NCBI GenBank assembly: GCA_051362555.1
Contig: CM120648.1
Span: 9,358,587-9,422,586, forward strand
DNA from: Lingula anatina
Taxonomy: Eukaryota; Animalia; Brachiopoda
Reading direction: 5' to 3'
DNA length: 64,000 nt
The position numbers were made by a program, and so were the translations under genes. Of the stretch, positions 53,935 through 64,000 are shown piece by piece; the stretch's first letter is position 1, and the number at the start of each line of letters is the position of its first letter. The notes below the pieces were generated by a model that worked only from the letters and a program-made list of their open reading frames with translations, ran no database searches and was not told the DNA's origin.

Positions 53935-53978
<44 letters not shown>

Positions 53979-54081
53979 TTTAATACTGGTCTGATAACCC
54001 TCCTCCTGAAAGTGTTGAATCTCCTCCTTGCTCTTCCTCAACTGGTTTATTATACTTGTGAGACGGGACTCTCGCAGACTT
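51503..54081 (-). CDS. SAM-domain transcriptional repressor, SAMD7/SAMD11/Samuel-like (polyhomeotic-type SAM), last four coding exons
   Basis: Exons 54081-53978, 53386-53047, 52728-52146, 51688-51503 join in frame (phases 1,2,0). SAM: WSADDVVNFIKTFPDCADYVE|TFREQRIDGQSLRLLSVDLLTSSLGMKLGPALNL; CtBP motif PVDLS; C-terminal CxxCxHCxHCH. Confidence 0.88.
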
Positions 54082-56535
54082 CTGAAACAATACAAATGAT
54101 GCGCTTATAAATTAAATCAAAAGTCACAAAAATGTCACAATTTCCTTGCGTAAAAGGTGCAAGCAATCCACACCTCCTCCGCTAAGAGTCAACCATACTG
54201 TGGCTGACAAATTACATTGCACGCAAGGTCACATAGTTCTTATGGTGGGCGATCCCCTAATCGTAAGGTTATTGGGGTGCATGACAATATCACACGTGGC
54301 ACGTTTGATAAGAGTGCTTACCTCCCCCCCTCCCACCCGATCTACCGAGCCCAATATCACTCTAATGGGAAAATCCGAGACAGCTCTAAGTCTTGCGACT
54401 TAATCTTACATGAAGCGAGATTTAACGGGATTTGGAGGAGAGTGGGGTCAGAAATAAAGGCAGACTAACGAACAGACGGTAACAGAATTTAGCCACGGAT
54501 ATTTTTTGGCTGTTTTTTTATTTTTGTAAATTCTGAAGAACTAAAGTCTTTTTCACAACAGTGTGTAGCCTATTAACCATGCTTTACGTGTCACTTTTGT
54601 GTTGCTCCTAAAGACCAACGCGTTCCCATTTTTTAACATTCTATTGAACTCAAGTACCGAAACACCGCGGTTTTTTGGTGGATATTCATATTTCACTCAT
54701 AGGTTGTTTAATAATCAAGCAATAAAACAATCAAATTATGATTGCATTTTACCAAGGAATCAACACTGGTCATTGGAGACACGACTGGAGTAATTCTTGC
54801 CACATAAAATAAACTATTTTAAAAAGAACTAAAAAAAAATATTCTGGAGTCTGAAGGCAAAAGTCTGAAGGCAAAAATTCAAACGGTTTTCCACTTAGCG
54901 TGTTATCACTGAAAGTGCACGAATACAACGACAACGGCGACAACAGACGCAGGTGATGGCTACGTGCAGAGACAAGACGTGTCTGTACATAAAAAAATAC
55001 CCCGATTGTATTCCAGGTCACGATCAGAGGAGTACATGTTGAGGTACACGGCGAGATGACAGCCGCTATCACAAAACATGCACAGACAGATACACGCGGC
55101 ATGGTTGCGCCGCCGTCCTAGCAACAATGTTATCGGATAAAACACGCGTGTAAACACGGAGAGTTGCTGGTGCGATAACCCCAGCCAAGGTCCACCCTCG
55201 ACAACAGGCACGCGAGGAACTGCGTACGTGATTTTTTAAACGTCGCTCCAAATTGCATCGTGCCGTGATAAGGTACAGGGTGCTTAGAGGGCGACATATA
55301 GATTAAAAACGGGGAACTACGCTGACAGCGACCATCTATTATTCTGTCCTTCATCTGTTCCCCACGTGATAACTGTTGTATATAAATATAAATTTTGTGT
55401 CTGTTCCGTGCTTTGAAGGACAAAACGGAGCCAATTATTCGAAGTTTCCTCGTAAGAAAAATTCAAACCTCTTCATCTTTTCCATGAAGTCTGATAGTAT
55501 GTTATTACCGGGTACTTGTTGACAGGACTACATGATTATTTGGGAGTAGTGGCCTCATTCGAAGAAGAGAATTTCGATAAATATGTCAGTTATCATAAAT
55601 TTGATAATGCCAATCACTCAAGCAGGCGTGTCACGGACGTTAAACAAAACAAATGCTTAGTCAGTAAAATTATAGTGGTGAAGGCTACTGCACCCTGTTC
55701 GGGTTTGATCTCCCAGCCTACCGCAGAAATTTTTCAAAAAAAAAAAAATACTTCGAAAATTTATTCTGTTACAAGTCCATCCTTACTCTAATGTGTGCTA
55801 GTTCTATAAGGTCGATGGTACTTACTCTAACTGTTTTTCCCGTTGTTTCCAGAGCTCAGCCAGTGAAAAGGAGGCGGAATATGGCGCCCTCTCTAGGGGA
55901 ACTCCATCGATACCTATGCGCATGCGCCCATAGTCGCTGAATTCTGGTGACTTCTTCTTGGTAAGCCTTGTTTTGTGCTGAAACAGAAGAGAAAGGTTAC
56001 TTTTCCTCGAAATGAAGAGAGTTAGGGATATAACACATCATCCATTGACTTGCATGACAAATTAACTTATTTTGGTAAAAATATATTGCAATATAAAAAA
56101 ACACAATAAAAGAATGTGACTTCTATAATATTAGATTTGTCTACCTTGTTGTTAGAATTATTAATAACTATATCAAATGGATGTTTTTTTAAAGCCATTA
56201 GAAAGAAAGGCCGTTTAAAATACTTGGATTTCACTTATGAATCAGGGCAACAAGAACGCTGTATTTTCCATTAGTCGTCTTTCTATATTCATTTACTTAT
56301 TATAGTTTATTCATTCTTTTATCTTTGGAAAAGGCAGACAGTACAACGACAAAACTGCGTTTAGGCAGAGCACAGAAGAATCCCTCTCCACGGCGAGAGG
56401 CCATAATTTGTCACATAAGACACGTCTTGTGGATTATAATAATACCCTTCAAATTCAATCTATGAGGGTAAAATAAGGTCTCTCAACTTCCCAACTAACA
56501 CATCAATTTCACCACAGTTTGAAGCTGTAATGCTG

Positions 56536-56536
<1 letters not shown>

Positions 56537-56620
<84 letters not shown>
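56537..56620. repeat. Compound (CT)n(CA)n(CT)n microsatellite
   Basis: Seen directly. Confidence 0.9.
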
Positions 56621-59600
56621 GCTATCAAAGCAAGCAAACAGCGCCGGCCAAGGCTCCGCTGGCTGACAGGGCGATAATGAGTCTGCTGTCACGGCGGCCC
56701 GTAGAGACCGTTAGTTAAGGCGGGAAGCGAAGCTAACAAGAGTGGTGCCGGGGTTAAATTGGTAATCGAACCGCTCACGAAAGTTCACAATTTAACGGCG
56801 CCAGCAGGTCCTCCTCAGGCGCGATCCCAATTCCAACGGAGTCATGTCTTAATGTTGTGATCACCATGTCGGCAACTGCACACCATTATTTAGAATTACG
56901 CGTATTTATTCTGCGCTACTCCTTCCTCACTCATGCTGGGCGCAAACCACTGGTCGATTCATCAAGCTCGTTTGAATAAATAATATTGAGCTTTGGTCTT
57001 TTTTTTTAATCATCCTTAAACATCAACCTTAATTTTACCGACGCAGTCACTCATGCAAAATCCACGTTGAAGCGCAGACGACAGAGTTATCGCTGAAATC
57101 GCGCCAAATATCGATCAGCGTTCATAATCCCGCGTGACCCGGACTGCACTCACTCAACGTGCCTGGCAAAACTTCAAGATTAAACGAGAGAGAAAAAAAA
57201 ATCGAATGCCTAAATTATTTCTGTTGTTAGTTTGACAGCGGCGTACAATAACGACCCTATTCTTTCACGCTCCACATCCGAGACGGCGCGGCCATCGGGG
57301 CGTGATGAAGGGTGAAATCGACCGCTGTTCATCTGTAAAAGGCGGCCGCCTCTTCCGAACACTAAGCGTATTGGGTGTCACGACTCAACGAACAGTGTAT
57401 AGAAATTGGTATTTTTTTCTCCTCTCCGTCGGCCCTAGATGAAGCGTCGTAGTGTGAGAACGTATACGGGTGCGAATCGGTGCATTCAGAACATGCACTT
57501 GATAAAAAGGCAAGGGACTGAAAAAATACCGCAGAACGAAACAGAAATCGTAGAAAGAAAGGAGGCGTGAGAACAAAAGATGGTTATATAATTTCAAAAG
57601 AACGAACGTGACTGCACATTTAGTTTTTTACCTTTTGCAGGGTAACAAAAAACGAGAATTTTATGCCAAGTTTAACATCAATGCCCTCCTTAACATTTCT
57701 AACCACTCAGGTTTATTGTATTATGTAAAATGTTATTTAATTCACCTTCCTAAGATAATAAAGTTGGCTAAGTGTTAAGTTGGATCACAACTCAGCAGAG
57801 AACGAGCCTCGACTTTAATTTGCCAGAAAAAAATGACAGCTTGCATTAAATGGGGTCGTTATACAAAAGTACTAACCCTCCGCGTCCTTTAAGATAAAGT
57901 AGGAGAATTTAATTCTCAATCCAGAAAGGATTTTGATGGTTTAGTAATCAACCCGTTTGTCGCCTGCAGCGATCTAATGCGACACCCTTCGCTGATTTTC
58001 ATTATTTGCAGACTTACTATGTTCGTTGTTACAAAACGCGGTCAGCTACGTAACGCACTGAATTCTCACATTTAAAGTCTGCAAATACAGTTATACAAAG
58101 CATGTCGGTTATTAGCGGGTCCCGTCATACTTGCCGGGCGGAGTTCACGCTCGATGAAGAAATTCAATTGGAAATTCGACCACAATACACAAGGGCCACC
58201 TCGACGTGTAAAGCGGCCCTATGCCCTGGATAATTGGAATGAGAAGTTCATTCGTAATCATGAGGCCGTAACGACGCGCATAGCAGCCCTTGACTCTGTT
58301 TTATAGAGGTTCATAATTCACCTGGAGTATGTATTACAACCGGCGATTACCATTACTTTACGTAAAGCGGCCCCAGGCTCTGCGTTTCTAAAATGAATAA
58401 TTCACCTGGAATCTAGACCACACCGCAGAAGGGCCAAAACAGCACGGGGAGCAGCCCAAGCTCTGCATGAAGAAGAGCAAGATCCCGCGGACTGGCGTGA
58501 CCTTCATTCGCCTCAATCGATAGCGGCTCTGCCGTAAGTCGCGCGTGAAATGTTATTGACGAGAGACCGTCTGCTTGTCTGCCGCGTGAACCTTTCCAGG
58601 CTAAAGGGGCACGGCGGGGAATCGATTGGAATTTTTTGTAGGGAAAAAGGTGCATAGATAATATGAATTACTGCCGTAAAAGACGGCGAAGAGAAATATG
58701 GATGAATTCGATTAGAGATAAAATCTCCTGACAAAATTGCGTAAAAGGAGACCACATAAAATTCATTCTATTGATATAATTCGATATTGTTTTTCTGGGT
58801 TCATAATAAAATCATGATGAAAAATAGTATTCAATCGTTTTAATTATTATTACTTTTTTTTTTCAAAATGATTTCTTGACTGAAAAGGAAAGAGTGCTTA
58901 CGAGGCATTTCTGGACAGGTTTTAATTGTCCACTGACATAGGCTAACTAGAATTTAGATCAAATCAGGAAAATATTTTGAAGAAACATGACAGTCAGATT
59001 TGTATGATTTTGTTGTTGTTGTTATTATTGGTGCACGTAGGAGTTTGAAAAAACTTTCGAACAATTAAATGAATGTGAAATGCGAAAAAAAAGGGATGAA
59101 AGCGTGCACGCAGCGAACCTTCAAGTGCGGTCGGAGGGAATATTTTTGCTGACGCAATTGCTCTTAAAGACTTCGACAGTTTGTGCCACGAAATTGGTAT
59201 TATTATTAACTACACACGGATCAGGAGACAAACACAAACAGACGACTCACCGAAGCGAAACGACTGCGACATAGACCCCATTAAAATATATGAGTGTTTT
59301 ATAACAGCTTACTGCGCGCGATTACACACAAAAATACAGAATTTGTACTCACTGAACCGGGACTTTTATCGACATAAAACTGGAGAGGAAACAGAGGCAC
59401 CTCGCAACACTCACAACAAGAGATGACGGCTTGTCGCCGCTATGCCCGGGGCGTAAACCGTACCCGATACAAACTAGTAGGTTTTGGTGCACTCTTGTCC
59501 GTCTGAAATAAAAATCTCCACCGTTTTATTGTCTCCCTTTTTTCTATAATGGCTGCCTTCTCGTGCCCCCAGAAATCAAGTATGTAAATTGTACACCGCG

Positions 59601-60168
59601 GGTTTAATCGCCAGTTTTTTTTTTCCAGCATTCCATTTTCTTTTCCCCCCCTCTTCACGGGGGAGAGAGGATGGTTGAAATTCATCAATTTGTCAAGTGA
59701 GCAGAGGTAGTTCTTTAAATTCTATTTTATTATCAATGTTATTTTTCAATGAAATATATAAAGATAAATTGTTCCAGTTTTTTTTTAAATAAATGATGCA
59801 AAGTTTGTTTGACCGAAAAGCAAAACTTTTTAACAAATTGCTAATAATTATCCGCCAAACCTTTTAAGAATTTCACAACATTATCACCCAAAAATGTCAA
59901 AATTCAAAGTTCAGCAATCTTTGAAAATTTTGCCATTTTTATTTAGTGTTCGCTAACCATTTAGTAACAAAAATGTCGACCTTAATTTGAAGAAGTTGTA
60001 ATAAAAATAAAACCACATATACATAATGATAAAAATTCGTTCTTAAGATCTGAAGTCTAAAGAGTAGGCCTATGTTGACGGACTTGGATTATCTTGATAG
60101 TTATAAAACAGCACCAGAGTGGTATGAGTCACGGGGACGCGTAAGCATTTCAACCACGGCGAACTTAC

Positions 60169-60329
60169 TGCACTTCATACAATGTCACGAGGTGAACGGA
60201 CTTGTGCCAGGGTTTCTCGTTAACGGATTTCCTCAGTCGCCTCCCCAGACGGAACTGATTCAATTTTCGACGTGGAATTCCGCACGTTTCTCCATCTTCC
60301 ACAAGCAGACGACCGTCGAAATGACCCAT
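60169..60329 (-). CDS. Candidate start-codon exon of the SAM-domain gene
   Basis: ATG at 60329 opens 53 codons + 2 nt to a strong donor CA|GTAAGT; phase 2 matches the acceptor at 54081 (457 aa total); good acceptor (ctttcaccttgccag) at 60407. No conserved motif recognised, and a phase match occurs by chance 1 time in 3. Confidence 0.4.
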
Positions 60330-63300
60330 AGATATGTTAATACGAGGTGACGTTTGCTCTCATGCGTCCCGTCTTGTTATGTCCGGCCGCCTACCCTGAC
60401 TGTCGTCTGGCAAGGTGAAAGCTGAGAAGGCGTCAATTAATGAAATAACCTTACGTGATTTCCTCAATTTAATAATCTCTTTGAAGCCTAAATTATCATG
60501 TCTTTTTAAACTACACATTCAAGTAATATTTTCCACCTCAATAAAAAAAAATCATTCTAATTAAGACAAAAAAAAATCTCTTCTAATACCTTTCATGAAA
60601 CAAGACGCAATGTCAGCCTCTGTAAATTTCAGCCAAATGCTTAACAGACTCTGGATAAAAAAACGTTAAGTATTTCGATTTCGCAAAAACCTTTATTTGT
60701 TTCAATGGTCAAAAACATTTTTTTAACATTAAATTTGGCTAATATATCCAGTCGCTTGGCTAATATGAGAAATTTGTGTTCACATTATCTTAAAGATTGA
60801 TAAGGGTTGGCGTTTCAGCATATTTTGTTTTTGTTTTTGTTTTTGTATAATAAATTAATTTGTTTTATGCCATTCGATATTCATAATAAAGAAAGATATA
60901 CAAAAAAAGAAAAAACGAGAGGGGGAGAGAATATAAATTGTAAAGAATAAAATAAAGTAAAATAAAAAAAAAACGGAAAAAATTTATAAATTTGCTTACC
61001 CAAAAGAAATACAATAAGAAGGAAGATTAAATGAAAACGCCCAAAGAAAGTCCGCAGTGGAAAAAGGCCACAGCACATGTAACGGGCGGCATATCAATCT
61101 CGCACTTGCCTCTTGAATCCACATGCAAATTGGTGGTTTTGACACGATGCTTCTTTCCATAAAATAAGGTCAATGACTTTTAAGTTACGTTTTAATATTC
61201 AGAACACAAGGTCTTGGCGGGTGAGACAATAGTGCCGCACCACCACATCGAAGACCAAACTAACGTACTGGTTACGGTCTGAAACACTCACATAACGACG
61301 ACCTCAATACCGCAAAAACTGATGTTGACTTCCCACTTTATATTTATTTTATCACTGCTACATACACGTTGTCTGTCCGTCTTTGATATCATCTGAACTG
61401 TTAATTGTCTTTTTGATTCTTTTTCTCTTCGTTAACCCGGTTAGGTTAAATTTGTGATTAGCATCTAAATCTATTTTTTTTTTTTTTTTGCTGCATCTTT
61501 TTATTCCTCTTTATTTTCTTTAATTCTTAAATCCGACATTAAAAAAAACCAACATTTAAACGATTAAGTAATGGGTACCCTGTACTTTGCCAAAACCATA
61601 AAATCTGGATAAAGAAAATAATGAAAACGAAATAAAACAAAGAGAAGTCTCTGTAAAGAACTCTCTTGGATAGCTTAATGTTCTACAGAGCCTCCGCCAA
61701 ACACCCGAAATTTTAAGGCTACATTTTAAGTGTCAGTGCGCGTCTGACGTCATCATGACGTAAACATCACGTGCATCGATGTCACAGTCCCGATAAAAGG
61801 ACCCGCTATGCAGACTAAGCATAAGACTTATCAATATCTTATGGAGGAAGAGGAAATATAAGAAAAAATTAAGAGGCCGTTCAGAATGAGTTAGACCGCA
61901 CTAGCTAATGCGATTCGATCATCCACCCTTAGGTTTCGATTCAAGATGACAAATGGGCAGATGATAAATCACTGGTTTAAACTAGTTACAATTTCTTGCT
62001 TTCCCTTTAAAAAAAGGCGCAACATTTCACATAAGTGGACTATTATTGGTGATATATTTTTTTTATCTTAGGGCAAAGAGGACTGATTTTTTTTTTTATT
62101 TTAGTCTCAAATTCTAGTCTCGAGATATTTCGCGAAACCGGTCCGTGGAGAAGTTCTAATCAGTTTACAAAATCACCATCCTCGCCTCAAAACTCAGGGT
62201 GCTCGAGCAGGGCCGCTGACATCATTAACAAACACCAGCACTCCCACAACAGGTATATGACGACCTGTGTGACAAGAATGGTAGTCCGCCAGGAACCGTA
62301 ATCCTTTTCCCATTACTTTGTACAGGTGACATTTGTCTTATATACTAACCCCAATACTCCGACTAACTCTAACCTGTACTAATCACGTGGGACCCCGGAC
62401 TTCCATTCCTAGGACTACCATTCCTGTTACACTGGGCTGCAGTACCATCACTCGTCATTTAACCCCGCAATGACGTCATCAGGGCTGTCCCCGCGCTGGA
62501 AGAGTGCAATAAGGTGACAGGGACGACGTGTCGAGCGCGCGGTATCTAGCGGGGAGCACTAATTCTATGCATGTATGTGACATTAATAGTTTAGATTTCT
62601 ATACTTGGAGATGATAAATGGTCGTTATTATGATGAGTCGCTAACCTAGTGCATATTCCTAAAACTTTCGTATGCAGTGTCGGGGTTGGATTAACGACAA
62701 AGGAAATAAAAAGTACACTCCAACAGGCTCGATTGAGTAATTTTTTTTCTACAACTTTTGTCTAAATACACTTTTCAAATCTTTCGACTGTTGACGCGCT
62801 GAGTGTCTTCAATGAGAAAGAAAGTCAAATTCCATTCATCTCATCTGATATGGCGTTCCAAGGGTCCCGAAGCGTGCTCTTTCCTCACCCGCGCCGACCC
62901 AAAATGCCGAGTTTCTGCATAACGCGCGTGAATAACTGCGTCGCCAGGCCAGGCGGATCTCGCTTCTCCTTTGTCTGAGGAAAGTCACGTTCGGAGGCTT
63001 CATCCAATCCTCGTCGCTCAGGTCCTGACGCACGAGCGTCCCGCTTCTCGCTCTGACGCCTGTCGACATTTATGCATGCACAAACATCCGATCATCGTCT
63101 CCGCACGTAGGTGCAAGTGAAATTTATACCGTGCCTGGGAGATTTCCCCAGAGCAACATATAATGATAATACAATTACAGTGTCGCTATTTGTATTTCAG
63201 CATTATTACAGGGCCACGCCCGATGTTTCTTTTTAACTTTTCTAAAAATTAATATAAGAGGAAACAATAAAATTAGAATGTGGAGACGCGATCGACTTTC

Positions 63301-64000
63301 TAAAATTGAGAATTTTAAAACGAAAATGAAAACAGTTGAGATGAAAACAACTTGATATACTTCTTAAGTTTCTACGAAAAATTGCCATTTCTTCATATTG
63401 TCATATTGTCATAATCGCCATTTAGTGTCAGTAAAACACGCTCAAAGAGGGAACAGTCGTTTTGTCGGGTAATACGTGACTTTCACGTTACTGCGGCAAA
63501 TTTCCCCAATAAATATGCATCACTGTGGTGGTTGGCGCGTGACGAGCGTTCATTTCTGTCACGGTGCACCGGAAAGTCAGACAATCGTCACGTTTGCGTC
63601 TTCGACCGTAAAGAAACGACGCAGTCCAATTTTTCCCATTAATTAATGGCGTTATTGATATATGCTGGCGTTTTTTGCATGACCCACCTTATGCCATAGT
63701 GATTATCAGTTTTTATTTGCAGTTACTTCACATATATATGTAAAGACAAAACAAGTATTCAGGCACGGTCAGCTCACGGCTCCTATCCTCCAATTCAATA
63801 GCAGCTAACATAAACTGATTTCTGACATAACCGAGCTATTTCGAACAATAAATGCTGCACCTTGCCAATGGGCTAGAGAGTCGGCGAGAACGAGGCATAT
63901 CGTGCTGTAACTCATTATAACATCGAACGGTAAGTTTGGCCCGGTATGAAGGGACCCTCAAGTGCAGATTCCACCGTCGCGCTCTTTCGTCCAGTTATAG

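Noticed and set aside
54770-55423. Cluster of minus-strand ORFs as a possible first exon of the SAM gene
   Set aside because: No strong donor in a phase matching the 54081 acceptor; more likely CpG-rich regulatory or UTR sequence.

Overview
Eukaryotic, AT-rich, intron-rich animal DNA; a lophotrochozoan (possibly mollusc) origin is my inference from gene content and repeat style. I assembled three spliced genes by hand: (1) the 3' part of an EML/EMAP-like HELP+WD40 gene on + (16 visible exons, 1..10280), whose first visible intron is a clear U12-type (minor spliceosome) intron and whose introns hold tRNA-Ser(AGA) and tRNA-Thr(AGT); (2) a complete Ski/SnoN-family Smad co-repressor on - (7 coding exons, 18232..46718, 698 aa, ~21 kb first intron); (3) a SAMD7/SAMD11/Samuel-like SAM-domain repressor on - (51503..54081, candidate start exon at 60169..60329). 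Non-coding space has many short non-autonomous DNA transposons (TA, 3-, 5- and 8-bp TSDs) and microsatellites. Most interesting: two ~92% identical MITE copies in inverted orientation that closely bracket Ski exons 2-5 (663 nt, phase 0 at both ends, so an in-frame skip or a stop-free circRNA is possible); Smad-binding palindromes upstream of Ski and in its intron 1 (possible feedback loop); and Ski next to a SAMD7/11-like gene, as in both human paralog pairs. No prokaryotic-type system (CRISPR etc.) was seen.
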